Source: Octopus vulgaris (Eukaryota). From it: a stretch of DNA of 64,000 bases. A model generated the notes under the pieces. The model saw only the letters and a list, made by a program, of their open reading frames with translations, had not been told where the DNA came from and made no database searches. The DNA lies in NCBI GenBank assembly GCA_951406725.2, contig OX597822.1, positions 88,970,001 through 89,034,000 of the forward strand, read 5' to 3'. Position 1 is the first letter of the stretch. Each line of letters opens with the position of its first letter. The translations under genes were made by a program, and so were the position numbers. Below are positions 25,500 to 39,059 of this stretch, piece by piece.

Positions 25500-26926
25500 T
25501 ATGTTTACACATATTTAGATATATCTAATATCTATTTTTTGTGAAAATTTCAAGTTTATGGAATAAATATTTCATAACTTATGAGGAAATAAATAAATAG
25601 TTTTCCAAACTACAATGGCCAAAAGTTAAAGGTCACACAATGAAAAATGGAACAAGAACCAAAGAGAAACCTTTACTATCAATGACCTCTTGACATCTGT
25701 GACAACAGAACTGAATTAATTCCTTGCAAAATGATGGAGTAATATTGTCCCATTTGTTTTTCAATATTTCCCAGAGTTCATCTTGGTTCTTTGGCTTTCT
25801 CCTTCGCACCCCATCTCCAATAATCTTTCAAACGTTTCTATAGGGTTGAGATTGGGACTTTGAGGCCAGTCCATGTGATCAACCCCTTTATCACACAAAA
25901 AAATCTTTGACTCTCTTCACAGTGTGACAGGGAGTGGTGCCCTGTATGAAGGATGGAGATGTGGAAGGGCATGCTGTCTAAGAATCTACTTGTAGATTTC
26001 AGTATTGACAGTCCCTTGTAGGCGAATAAGTGGACCAGCAGCAGAGATCACTCCCCATACCATTACACTGCCTCCTCCATATTCCACTATCTTCTTCACA
26101 CATGCATAAGATAGCCTTTCACCACTTCTTCATTGGATATACATCCCGCCATCAGAACCAATCACATTAAACTTTGATTCATTGCTAAAATTAATCTGCG
26201 GCCACTGTTCTTCTGTCCAAGCAACATGTTTGTGAGTGAAATGAAGACAGGCTCTTTGATTCTTCTTGGAGATCAGAGGTTTCTTTGCTAGTGCCCAAGC
26301 AAGCAACCCCAAACCTCGTAACCTCTGAGAAACTGTTTGGCGTGATATGTTGACATTGGAAGTGGAGCTAAACTCACAGGATATCTCAGCAGCACTCTTA
26401 AACTTATCCTTCAGTGACATTCTAACCCTTATACAATCCTGTCTTGGTGAAGGTCTACTGATTTTGGGTTTAGCATCTGTCGATCCTAATGACTTAAAAC
26501 GAGCTACAATTCATTGCACAACACTTCTAGACCTTCCTACAGTAGTTGCTATTACAGAATTTAACTTGCCCTCTTGGTGAAGCCATACAATCCTTTGTTT
26601 TTACCACAGGACACCAGTCGTCTCTCAAAAGCTGCCATGTTGACAGGTGAATGTTCCAATAAGAAGTAACTGTTAGCTCATTAACAGTCTTCTAAAGAAC
26701 AAATACCTCGGTTAATAGTTCATTTTTTCTAAGTGATCCTTAACTTTTGACCACTGCAATGTGGGAAATTGTTTATTTCCTCATAACTTATGAAATATTT
26801 ATTCCATTCATTTGAAATTTTCATGAAAGATAGATATTAGATATATCAAAATATGAGTTAATCTTCTATAATAACTATTTCAATACACTTGTTCTTGCTG
26901 ACCTTTCTATTATGGCTGCTACTGTA
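25500..26926 (-). mobile_element. Tc1-family transposon with long (IR/DR-type) inverted repeats, degenerate
   Basis: Transposase remnants (KKPLISKKNQRACLHF...WPQINFSNESKFNVIGSDG; WPQSPNLNPIE). 25505-25637 is inverted relative to 26732-26856; outer repeat ends ...ctactgta at ~26926. Confidence 0.8.
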
Positions 26927-27019
26927 TATATATTGGCTCATCCAATAAATAATGCTGGTTTTTCAATTGCATGAACTAAAAGTCAGAGGGGGATGGGATA
27001 AATACCTGCATCAACTTGC

Positions 27020-27157
27020 TATAAAAGCAGGTAGTTATTTTATTTTGTACTTATTCTTAGTGCAAGTTTTGAAGAGTGCAGTTCGATTTTAACGGCTATT
27101 TTTTTCAAAGCTATAATGGAAGAATCAAAAGAGCATATTTGACATATTTTACTTTAT
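27020..27157 (+). mobile_element. Short mariner 5' fragment
   Basis: atggaagaatcaaaagagcatatttgacatattttactttatg = MEESKEHI*HILLY, resembling the start of the mariner at 37996. Confidence 0.5.
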
Positions 27158-28274
27158 GTACATCTATGCATGGGCGTACATATGCATGTGTGAGTGCATG
27201 AATGTGTTTGGGTGCGTTCGTTTACATTTTTTAGATCGATGAACTCATTTTATTGTAACATATGCCTCTTTGCGCGTGTGTGTGTGAAATGGATAAATAT
27301 AATTTACAATAAAAATCTAATTTCCATCTAAATAGTTGACTTCAGAGCTCATTACAGTTTGCTTGCATTTGAGCTAGCTCTGACTGTCACTCACAGCCAC
27401 TCTGTTGTATTACTCTTTTTTCCTTAGCTTCTTTGGAGCAGAGCCTTTAAATGTTGTCTGGTTGATTTAGTATCTGTGACTGCAATCCACTGCCACTTCG
27501 TCTGTTATTTTACCACTCTTTTCCTGCAGCATACAATGTGACCAACAAGGACACACTAAGCGTTTTATTATATCAGAAGATAACTGATCAAACCTGACAA
27601 TAATCTAACTCAGAATATAAGCGAATGGTACTAAATATTGGCAGGCTGTTCGGCTTCATCTCTATTATTTTCATGACCTTTACTTTCCTATTGCTCAGGG
27701 ATGGAAACTACCGTTTGTTTTTTTGTTATTGTTATAGAATCTTTTGTAAAATGTGAACACCATGGGCTAACTAGATTTGAGCGTAGCAAGCTAATAAAAC
27801 AATTGTTACATAGTTATATTATTTGTTTTACTTAGTGAACTGCACTTTTTCATATCGTTTTCTCCTAACTTAACTGCATCATTAGGAATTGAATTTTCTT
27901 TTTTTTAATGGAGAAGTTATACAAAAATCAGTCAGTACATATTGGTTTTTGTTGCAAGGCCAACACCTTATCAACTGTGTGAGCTCTGACTCTTTTGTTA
28001 TGTATAATTTGAATGGATATGATATAATTAAGTATGCATTATTCATTCATTTAAAATTACTTCTGGTATAGTTTTGTCATTGTAAAATAAAATTTTCATG
28101 TTATGGTATAATTTATTATTTTTATTCTATTTTCTCTGGTGTGATAATTTTTCAAAAATATTTTTATAAAGAATAAATTTTGGTATTTGGAATTATTTCC
28201 AACTCTATGATGATGGACCCTCCCCTGTCATCAATAAGCAACCTGTGAACCAGGTGATAGTATATTATACCAAT

Positions 28275-28430
28275 GACAGGCTTCTTTCAGTTTCCTTTTA
28301 TCAAATCCACTCCCAAGGCTTTGGTTGGCCCTCGCCTGTAGAGGGCATCTGATGAAGGTGCCACACAATGGGACTGAACCTCAAACTATGTGGTTGGAAA
28401 GTAAATGTCTTAACCATGCAGCCATGCATG
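28275..28430 (-). mobile_element. tRNA-derived SINE head fragment
   Basis: ggcttctttcagtttcc...caaatccactcccaaggctttggttggcc...gggactgaacc. Confidence 0.7.
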
Positions 28431-28519
28431 TGCATATTATAGTCACATCGGCAGCTATTATTTATATTTTTATATTCACCTTGTTTTTTTTCTTTGCTTT
28501 TCTTTGTCTCTTCCTCCAG

Positions 28520-28648
28520 GCAACTTTTGAGAAGCTTGAAAATGAAATGAAAGAAATTAATGCCAATGCTGAGGCTTTGAAGCGGAATTTTCTGGAATTG
28601 ACAGAACTTAGACATATACTACGCAAAACACAGAATTTTTTCGAAGAG
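28520..28648 (+). CDS. ATP6V0A1: V0 subunit a, coding exon 4
   Basis: Long pyrimidine tract...ctccag|ATFEKLENEMKEINANAEALKRNFLELTELRHILRKTQNFFEE|gtgatt; 129 nt, phase 0. Confidence 0.96.
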
Positions 28649-29779
28649 GTGATTGAATTTTTAATACATTTACACTAATGTGATACTGTTATTTTCTTTA
28701 TGTTGTTCACTTTAATATTCAATCAAATAACCATGTTATTTAAAATGTCAATTTAAAAAAAGAAAATTTTCATATGTTGGGTTTTTAAAAGCAATTATTA
28801 TTTGTTCTTGGTTGCTGTTATTGAATCTCTGCTTACTCATCTGTGACTCAAAAAATTTCCCATCATGTTTTTTTTTGTTCTTCTGTCAGCACTCATTTTC
28901 TGCTGTTTAAATTACATTTTGCTTTCTTTTCAACTGAAAGAACAGGTACATGTAATTTTATTTCTAGTAAATTAATGTTGTCAACTGATGTAACTAATAT
29001 TTTAACTAAATTTCTATACATTTTTGATGCATGTTATGTTGTCTCAAGTTTGAATGACTTTAACTTACTTGACTGTTGTTTTTCATGTTTATGTTCCTCA
29101 CTTTTGATACATGTGTGTGTATATATATATATCATCATCATCATCATCACAACCATCATCTACCTATACTTGCTTGCATGTGTCAGATGATGTTTATACT
29201 GGAACAGAGTTTTTTATGACCAGATACTATTCCTATTTATGAGTAAAGTAATAATCCCCTGGTCTATTGAACAGCAAATAACCCAAACATACTTTCACTG
29301 TGGACTGCAAGCAAATGAGACTGTTTGTGAGGCCATTGTTTATTAACCAGTGAGCAAGACACACGTAGACAAGGGTATTATATGAAATCACTCACACAAA
29401 CATACATGTATATATATATATACATTCACACACAAGTGCGCGTGCATGCACACACACATGCACACACACATGCACACACGTGCGCGTGTGCGCTCCTAGT
29501 ATTTGTCTACAAATCCAATCAAGACTTTGGCTGACCTGATAGTATAGTTTGAGATAATTGCTTTATGGGCATGTTGTGAGACTGATCTGATCCAAACCCA
29601 TATGGTTGGGAAGCAAACTTCTTAATTGCACTGTCATACCTGTAACTCACTGCTGTATAAAGGTAATGAAATAGTGAAAATATTGTGTTATCATGCCATA
29701 ACATTGGAAAATGCACTGAAATATTATTTGTATGATTAGCATAAATCTTGTTACAGTTAAAGAATATATACATATATAT

Positions 29780-30660
29780 GTGTGTGTTTGTGCTCAGACC
29801 ATTTAATTACTTCTGTATCATAGTTTTACACTAGTCTCCTGGAATTTGGACACAATGATTTTCAGTTAATTTTTGCAGTAATCGAATGAAAAGACAGAGA
29901 GTAAGGTTTAACAAAAAATCTACATGTAATCAGGCTCTTTACAGAACATATATACCTATAGTAGACGTGTGTACACACATATATAATAATTATTTCGATT
30001 TTGGGTATATGTCTATTAGTATGCTGATTGAAGCACATTCACCGTTTGGGCTACTTGATGTCATCCACAGTTATAGTATAATTTTTACTGGATCTATATC
30101 AAGAATTCAGCAGTGTTTATTTGGTTTATAATCGATGAGGGAAACAGAAAATGGATTTGATACAAATCTTTATTCAATGCAACTGTTGTTCCAACCCATA
30201 ATGCAGCTGTTTCTTATGGGTAGGATATTGTGCATCTAGTTGTGTTGCATCAATCAGTCCAGTCTGTGTCTCCTCAGGTGGTTGGTATAACAGATATTGT
30301 ATACTGAGTTCCTCTAGGCTTGTTGTACTCTCTCATAGTATGTAGGTGCTCTGACAGACAGGAGAATAATTCTGGGGTTATAACCTGCAGATGGGTCTGG
30401 CTACATATAACAGAAATTAGAATAATAAAAGATAGAAAATAAAACCTGTCAAAGGATAAGAATTGAAATTTAAAAAGAAGAAAGATCGGCATACATTCGT
30501 TGACATGAATACATATATAGATGTACGTTTCTGAAGAGTCCTATTGAATGGATGAAAGCGCTAATAAACAATTATCCAAAATTCTGACTTCCTCCTTTTT
30601 CTTAATATACAATATCTGCACATCACTTCAAACACTCTATACATATATATATGTACATAT
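29780..30660. mobile_element. Cluster of Penelope-like terminal-repeat fragments with hammerhead-like motifs on both strands
   Basis: Minus-strand CTGAGGA...GAAACAGCTGCA followed by AATAAA (~30150-30285); plus-strand motif at 30527-30569. Confidence 0.45.
30527..30569 (+). ncRNA. Minimal hammerhead-ribozyme motif
   Basis: gttt CTGAAGA gtcc-tattgaat-ggat GAAA gcgc TA ataaac; palindromic AGCGCT stem III, weak stem I. Confidence 0.55.
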
Positions 30661-30764
30661 ATCACATTTATATATCATCCCTTTCCAGTTGCTTCTTGGC
30701 TTTATTCACAGAGTTTTCCTGTGACCACAACAGGTGACCACATTTAAGAGAAGCTGGTATATGT

Positions 30765-30989
30765 TTGACCCTTTCATTACTAACCCGGCTGAAACCAGCT
30801 CTGGCTCTGTAGTACAAATATCTTGTTTTCATAAGTTTTGAATTAAAATCTTCCACCAGATCTTAGTCACAATTTATGTTCCTAACACTAGCTGAATGAT
30901 AACTAAGTCATTTTACTAAATTCTTTGTTATATTTAAAATAATTGAAAGAAACACAGAGCATCTCAAAATATGGCAATGAAAGGGTTAA
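30765..30989. mobile_element. TTAA-flanked MITE, family B
   Basis: ttgaccctttcatt...aatgaaagggttaa. Confidence 0.75.
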
Positions 30990-31529
30990 TAGAGGTAGTC
31001 CAAGATTCATTGTATTCTGAATCACCTTCTTGAAGGTGATTTGGTTTTGTTAGAGAATCAATTCAGCATCACTTAGTTGACTGAAAGCCAGTACCAGTAG
31101 CCAAAGAAGGTGGTGGTGTATTATTTCACTGAGGCAGTACATTTTCTTCTGTTGGACCATGGTTTCTATTGTCCGGAAATAATCCCATCATTTTTTCTGC
31201 AATGACAACAACTTCAGCTGGTTCTGTTGCCACCTCATTATTGAGTTGGTTTGAATCATAGTTTTCTTTAGAAGAATCAACATTCCTACGAATCAGATCT
31301 ATCTCTTGTACATCATTTGAATAAAAAAATTCAGCTTTTTCAACACATAAAAACTTTGATGTATTTGCTCCCTCAACATAATCATTTTCATTACTGGGAA
31401 TATATATGCATGCACGCACGCACACACACTTAACACTCCTATGTATATCTTTACCTATCTATCTATCTTTCTATCTATCGATCTACATATATATGTATAT
31501 ATATATATGTGTGTGTATATATATATATA

Positions 31530-31690
31530 TATGACAGACTTCTACACAGTTTCCATCTAGAAGTACACTCTCAAGGCATTGGTCACCTGGAGCTATAGAA
31601 AAAGACACTTACCTGAGGTGCTGGGAAGTGGGACTGAATCCAAAACCACATGCTTGCAAAGTGAACTTGTTAACCACACACCCATAAAAC
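31530..31690 (-). mobile_element. tRNA-derived SINE head fragment
   Basis: gacagacttctacacagtttcc...gtgggactgaatcc...aaccacaca. Confidence 0.65.
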
Positions 31691-33621
31691 TCATGTACAG
31701 TCAAATCTTTAGCATAGCATGTTTGATAGAAAATCTGACCCTTCTGAATACAGTTGTACCTATTGACACATTCCCCCTGTTCATTAGATTCTCTTGAACT
31801 GTCCAACCTTTACTCGTATGGAAAATGTATATTAAATGATGATTATGATGATGTGTCCACATACACTAACACAGAGGAGAACAGGCATACTTGTCTATGA
31901 AGTTTTCAATGAAGAGTAAATATAATGTTACCAAAACTTCTTTTATGTGTTTATTTTTCAGATAATAGATTAATTTTATTGATTGAATTTATCTTTATCT
32001 GTTATGATTCTGGAAACTAAAACAACTTACTGTTTCTCTCAGTTGGGTTAATAAACTAATATGTATCTGTGGTTAAAGTTTCAATAAAAATATTGAATAT
32101 GTTCAGTAAAACAATGTTGGCCATACCAAACAGAAAATGGGAATTAAATTCCCAGTACATAGTTATTCTAATTGCAATAAAATGTTCTATGAGCATATTG
32201 AATTGATATATGTCAAACAGTATGATATTAACTTGGCACTATCATCATAAGTTCCTTACAGGAATTATATTCTCTAGATTTAAATATTTACATCTAAGAC
32301 AACAGAGCTATTGCATATATTTCAATAACCCTTACAATAACTGGAGATTGGCATTACATAGTAGACTTTTTACTTAAAGTGATAAGCTGTGCTTCTCTAT
32401 GGTACCTGTAAGTGGCAGCTAGTTTGAGTGAATACAATGCAGTTGTGACACTATACACTGTGTTCACTCTTTAACTTTAATTAGTAAGGCAAAACTAACA
32501 ATTGAACCAGTTATGACTACTATCATTATATTGGATACATAATTATTCCTGTGAGAACCTGTCAACAAAGTTTTACTAGGATATGAGAGGAAATAAAGAC
32601 TCTATGATGTATGTATCAAAAGTAATAAGAGAATGAGTTAAGTGTTATTATTGACTGTATAGTACCAATGGAGTACAAATAAACTGAGAAAAGTAATCAG
32701 TATACTTGAAAGTAACAACTATATAGTATTTGGAAATATAATGTACATGGATGATGCATATCAGATGACAAAAGTGCTGTAAATAGGGGCTGGATAGATT
32801 GGTTTAACAATATGTTGTATTTTAGAGAATTTTAATCTATGAAAATAGAAGACTTATATTGACAGGAGAGGGATTAGTGATGTATAATATGTTGAATACC
32901 TAACATTAGTTTTAAATATAGATTAAATTTAAAACAGTTGGTATGTTAAATGGTAACTATAATTGAGAAACAATTGTAGATTTGTACATGTCATGAGTAT
33001 AGATGCATTTTTGAGAGAGAAATTTGTCCAAGCTTAGTAAAGAGTAAGTAAAGAAAACTTAGTAAAGAAGAAGACTTGGAAGCTTTTAAAGTGAAGTAAT
33101 TACATAAGATATTAGAGTGTTATGGTTCATTAAAGAAATAACAAAAAAATAAAGGGATTTTATGCAAACTCTCACAACCCACATCAGCCTAGAAAAGATC
33201 AATGGTTACTTTGTTTGCTGTTTGATAATTCAATATATAGTAATGAATGCTCATACTGCACGCATAACAAATTGTGCACATTATTGTGATGATTGAAGGA
33301 TGTTTTGAATATTATGTTAAAAACAAAATATGAAACTAAGAATCAATAAACATGCTAGAAAGTAAAAATATATTCATTGTTTACATGAAAATAAATATTT
33401 TCAGTGACACAAATAGATTTGAAAATTAATGGTAAGAGAAGAGAATAAAAAGTCTTTGTGAGGTGGACTGCATCTCATCTCTGAATTTAAAAGTAATGAG
33501 TCAAGAAATATGCATAAGATTATATTTTTGAGACGTATATTGACCATTGCAGACCTCCTGAAACTGTAAACCACTTCACTGTTTACTATTGTTCAGTTTG
33601 CTTTTCTAACCTGCTTTACAG

Positions 33622-33632
33622 CCTGACGAGTG
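33622..33632 (+). other. Candidate 11-nt micro-exon of the V0a gene
   Basis: ttttctaac-ctgctttacag|cctgacgagtg|gtgaat: branch point, UGC and AG, with a GT donor. Confidence 0.3.
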
Positions 33633-35094
33633 GTGAATGAGCACTGGATGTTGACTTTTAATTCACTTGAAGATTGGTTCTAAGTTGTGAAATCAGTGGT
33701 GCCAAGTTAATAAAGCACCAAAACTGATACATGTTGAACAGCAACTTTAGAACTGGTTGTTCAGTAGTTCATGTCTTACTTATTTAAAATTCAGCTTTTT
33801 CTTTCTTGCTCTGGGAGTCAGTAACTTAATTCCAGTAATCTTATCAGGATGAAGTTTGGTAATGTGTTATTACCCTTTTCCTTCTAGGTGGGTGCAAGAA
33901 CCTGTTTTGGCTTTTATAGGGAAAATGTGTACGATAATGATTTTTAGCATTTGTATTCTCTTTTATTAGTTAATTAATAAAATAGTTTATGTATTTATTC
34001 ATGTTTTGTACAAAAATAATATGCCAATATGTTTTGGAATGTTTTTTGGAGATTTGTTAACAAAAATTGAGTCTTATTAAATGAGTAATAAAATGATGTA
34101 AGTAAAAAAAAAATTGTTTGAACATTTTGATGCATGATAATTTACAAATGTTTATGTTGATTAAAGTGTTGCTTTCAATATTATTACAATTTACAAAATC
34201 TCAAAGCTTTTTCAAATATGCTTTATTGTTTTCTCTTACTAATGTCTTCTTTATACCATCTAATTATATTTTGCTTTCAAAGTAACAGTTTAACTGTATA
34301 TGATATAATATATAATACTAAGATCTAATTGTTTTTTTTAACAATGAATGAAAATTAACACAATCCTGTTTAATCACACAAAACAATATTTTGCATCTCA
34401 ACTTTATTTTTAAAAAAAATTTCTAAATGGCGGTGCCCCAGCATGGCCACAGCTCGTGAGCTGAGACTAGATATAATAAAATTTTTAAAAAAAAGTAATT
34501 TTTCAGTTTTAATTATGCTAATTTAAAATAGTTTTTACTAAATTAATAACATTGTCCAAAATAGTATCTAAGGCAAAAGTATCTTATTAAAGTGAATAAG
34601 ATAGTCATCTGTTGACTTACAAGTTATGAGTAATTCCATTGTAAATACTGGTTGTATTTTTTAAGCTGGACATTTAATTACAGTTGCCCTGAATTCAGTA
34701 TGCATGTATGCTTTAATTTTTCTATATTGTATATATTTGTTGATCTGATTGGGAAATCTAAGATATTGAATAAAAATTTTGTTTACTACCCTTCTCTTTT
34801 AAACGTAGGGATATACAAAAGTTTATCTCTTAGAATTCCTTTGTATATTCCCCTTTTTATCAAAGTCTAGTCTTCTATAAATATTTGTGATGCATCATGG
34901 GCAATCTTTCAATTTTTGTTGGGTTCTGATCTCTGTGAGTGATATAGTATGTGATCATTTAGAAGCTCCTATTTGTTAAATAATATTATGTACAAATAGT
35001 CAGTCAGTCTCTCTGTTTGTCTCTCTATCTGAGAGAGTGTCCTACTTAATACTGAGTGGATGTTGTGTATTTGAATGAAAATACGAATTTAGGA

Positions 35095-35455
35095 TTCTTT
35101 TATTCTTTTACTTGTTTCAGTCATCTGACTGTGGCCATGCTGGAGCACAGCCTTTAGTCAAACAAATTGACCCCATGACTTATTCTTTGTAAGCCTGGTA
35201 CTTATTTTGTCAGTCTCTATTGCTGAACTGATAAGTTATGGGGATGTAAACACACCAACATTGGTTGTCAAGTGATGGTATGGGGACAAACACAGACATA
35301 CACTCAAATATATATATATACATATAATATATATATAATATAAATATATATAAAAATATAAATGATGGGCTTCTTTCAGTTTCCTTCTACCAAATCCACT
35401 CACGAGGCATTGGTCAGCCTGAGGCTATAGTAGAAGTCATTTGCCCAAGGTGCCA
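35095..35455 (-). mobile_element. tRNA-derived SINE, 5'-truncated
   Basis: ttcttttacttgtttcagtcatctgactgtggccatgctggagcac...caaatccactcacgaggc. Confidence 0.8.
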
Positions 35456-35499
35456 ATTGTAAAGGTTTATTATTATTTCACTAGTGCATGTTAATTTAG

Positions 35500-36280
35500 T
35501 TAGCAGGTTTTTCATCTTAAAGTTTGGCAACAATGAGTCTCCTCAAATCTCAAGAATCTTTCTTGGGATTCTTGCAGAATATAGGATGGTACTTTTCTGC
35601 AGGTTGACAATGCAAATTTCAATTCCAGTTTCTTTCAGTCTTTTAGGTAGCATTTTGGGTGTTGTGCCAAGTGCACCAATTACTACAGGAATAATTGTCT
35701 TGGTCTTCCACTGTTTCCTCAGCTCTTTGGCTAGATCCTGGTATTTCTTAATTTTTTCAATTTCTCTGATATCAGCTCTGCTATCATAGAGAATTGCAAA
35801 ATCTGTGGTCTTACAGTGGTTGTTTATTTTTTCCTGTTTCCGATATACCCTTGTCTCTAACTGCCACTAACAAGGTTTCTTCATTTTGTGTTGTCCCCAT
35901 GTTCAATATGCACAGTTTTTCTCACTTATCAGTCCCTTTCTTCCATTTGCTGTCTTCATGTATAGGTCATGAATATCTACACAAGGATGATGGGCTCCAT
36001 GCTTGGTCAGGAACTTTCTTGTCTTCCTGTCTAACTCCTTTAGTTCAACCTCTCCCCACTTCAGAATTCTAACTCATTAACAAACCACTGTGACTGTATA
36101 AGTTTATTACCAAAATTATGTTTCTGGCATTCAACTTTAAATCTGATATTTTTCTCAATCCCTGCAAATACTCTGTCTTTTCTTTCATATCATCATGCTT
36201 AATTCCATCTGCCTCAAGTATTCCTCCAGAGTTGATGAACTTAATACCAGTCTAGTTGCCTATGATATCCCCTGCAAATA
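35500..36280 (-). mobile_element. R4/Dong-like (REL-endonuclease) non-LTR retrotransposon 3' fragment
   Basis: Minus strand: KIKKYQDLAKELRKQWKTKTIIPVVIGALGTTPKMLPKRLKE...LQKSTILYSARIPRKILE. Confidence 0.65.
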
Positions 36281-37809
36281 CTACTATATTCTTTTTTTCT
36301 CTTTACCTTCTGGCTATATGACATCTACCTAAATCTAAGTTGCACGAAGCAGCTACCACACCTACTTACTCATCTTTCTATCAATATATTTTACTCTCTC
36401 CCTCATGATATGTTTAAACTGTTAGACCAACTCTTTCATGCCAGATGTACCTCTCTGAAATTCTCTTTTTACTTCGTATACCATTCAAGCAATTTAAATT
36501 GTTGAAAATACATTTGCTAGAGCAGATTATCTAACTGCAAAACTGATCACAGCAAAACAGTAGAACAGACCGTTTTAAAGCTGGCTGTATCTGAGAAGAT
36601 TTTATCACAACTGACCACAGGAAAAGTATTCTGTAGCAGAGGTGTTTATCAACATTGAAGACGGTAGCTGAGGTGATATTAATATAGATGACTGTAGCAG
36701 AAGTAGATAAAACACAAATGACTGCTGCCCCCAAAATTCAAATTATAAATCAATTATATTAATTTTCTAGTTACCACTATTGTTTTTATTAAGAAAGTCA
36801 CAGAAAAGTTATGCATCATGAATGAAAGAAAAAAATCCCTGTAGTAAAATTTCTATTAATTTCTGAAATTGAAAATACAGATTTGTATGTTGACTGTATA
36901 GTTGCCTTGGTATCTAATGTAGCTCTACTTTGTTCAAAATGTAGGAAAGAAGATAAACCAGAACTAATTTTTTTATTCATCTTGGGCAATTAAGTAATGT
37001 TAATTGGATATGCTTCATGTGGTTAATGTTTGATTTGAATTGTTGAAGACCATTGTTCAATAGAAATTTCAAATTTCAAAGGAGTGTAATTCTAGTGAAG
37101 AAGAATTGAGGAGTGTGTGACCTGGAAGGTGTGGTACATAGGGATAATTGATGAAAGAAATAGATGTTACAAATGGATTTAAATGGATATGGTGTACTGC
37201 AAGCAATTTCAAAAGATCTGAGACTGTTGTAGTAGTGGTAGAAGAAATAGGATTGTATGGATTATGTAGTGTCATATTGTGTGTGTGTGGGGGTGGGTGT
37301 ATATAAAAGATATGTACAAGCAATATTCAACTGTAGGAAATTTAACTAAAATAAATGTAAAATGACCTTCATTTACATCAATAATGTTTGTCATGCTCAG
37401 ATATTTTACAATTTACTTGAAGTTCTCAGATTTTGATTTTCACGAATATTTATTACAGAAATCAAAAATAAACCTTCTCCATGTAAATTTGATAAGTCAC
37501 CAGTCATTTGTTTTCATTTCTTTTCTTTGTCAGTCACTTAACAAATTATCATGTTTTTAAATAAATGTTTTACCTTTTTCATAAATGTAAAAATTTTGTG
37601 TTTTTGTGAGTGTGTATAAATTCTACCACAAACTACATTTTTCAAATTTACTATTGCATTATATAGATTAAATGTTGTATTCTGTGCTTGTTTTTGCTGC
37701 ATGGTTTGTGGAGATTTGGGTAGCTATCTGACACCACCACCATGTTATATCATAAGCTTACATTATTCACTTATGAGAATTCTAATATTTATTAATAAAT
37801 GATATTGTA

Positions 37810-39059
37810 TCAGGTCATCCCATAAGTTCTATCTGATTTTACCTTTATGAAAATTGAATGAAAATTAATAGTATTTTAGACTGTCTAATGGAATTAAAAA
37901 TGATTTTTTATGCATTTGTGTACATTTAAACTAATTAAATATTATTTTACAGAATAATAGAATTAAAATTTCTTTGATTAAAACCCTTCCTAACATGGAG
38001 GTATCCAAAGAGCATTTAAAGCACATAATGCTTTATGAGTACAAAAAAGGAAACTCTGCAGCTGAAGCAACTTGAAACATACACTCAGTTTATGGGAAAG
38101 AATGCTTGAATGAAAGAACTTGCAGGAGATGGTTTGCAAAATTCAGAAGTGGAAATTTCAGCCTTGAGGATGAAGATCAAACAGGACATCCAGTTGAGTT
38201 TGATGATAAGCTCCTTGAGGCATTACTTGAAGAAAATCCTGCATTATCAGTTGAAGAATTGGCAATAAAGCTTAGTTCAAAGCATACAACTGTTCATTGT
38301 CATCTTCAATAACTTGGAAAAGTTCCTAAATTTGGGAAATGGGTACCTTATGAATTGTCCGAAAGCAACTGCAAATCTTGAGTTGACATCTGCTCTTCTC
38401 TCCATTCTCGCAAACTGATTTCACCCTTTTTGGATAGACTTGTGACTGGTGATAAAAAAATGGATCTTCTATCAAAATGTTAAACATCATGAAGAGTGGT
38501 TTGGTAAAAGGGAAAAAGCTCAACCACAACCGTGAAGAGAACTTCATGGGAAAAAGGTTCTTCTCTCTATCTGGTGGAATTGCAAAGAAGTAATTCACTT
38601 TGAATTGTTACCACCTAATGTAGCAATCAATGTTCAAGTCTACTCTCAGTAATTAGAGCATTTGAACCAAGCTTTGAAGAAAAAAAGAACCGCTTTAGTG
38701 AATTGGAAAGGAGTGATGTTTCATCAGGACAATGTGTGACCCCACACTGCAAAGATCACATCCACCTTATTCTCCCAATCTTGCTCCTTCAGACTACCAT
38801 TTGTTTTGTAGTTTACAGAATCATTTGGGGGACATAACTTTCGCAAGCCAGGAGGAGGTCAAAACTGACATTTCAGAGTTCTTCGCTTTGAAACCAAAAG
38901 AGTTTTACATTGATGGGATTAAAAAGCTTGTAAATAGATGGAAGGAAGTCATAGATAATCAGGGAAAGTGCATTGATAATTGAATTTCAATTACGCATAA
39001 CAATTTGATCACTTGTTTTCTTTATTCAAAATTTGGACAGAACTTATGGGATGACCTGA
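37810..39059 (+). mobile_element. Full-length mariner transposon, inactivated
   Basis: TA-flanked TIRs tcaggtcatcccataagttct / agaacttatgggatgacctga; ATG 37996 MEVSKEHLKHIMLYE; WVPYEL, LVTGD, HPPYSPNLAPSDYHLF; stops and frameshifts. Confidence 0.93.

Noticed and set aside
28325-28678. 117-aa ORF as a stand-alone gene (likewise 5874-6155)
   Set aside because: Only the spliced exon part is coding; the rest is intron or SINE read-through.
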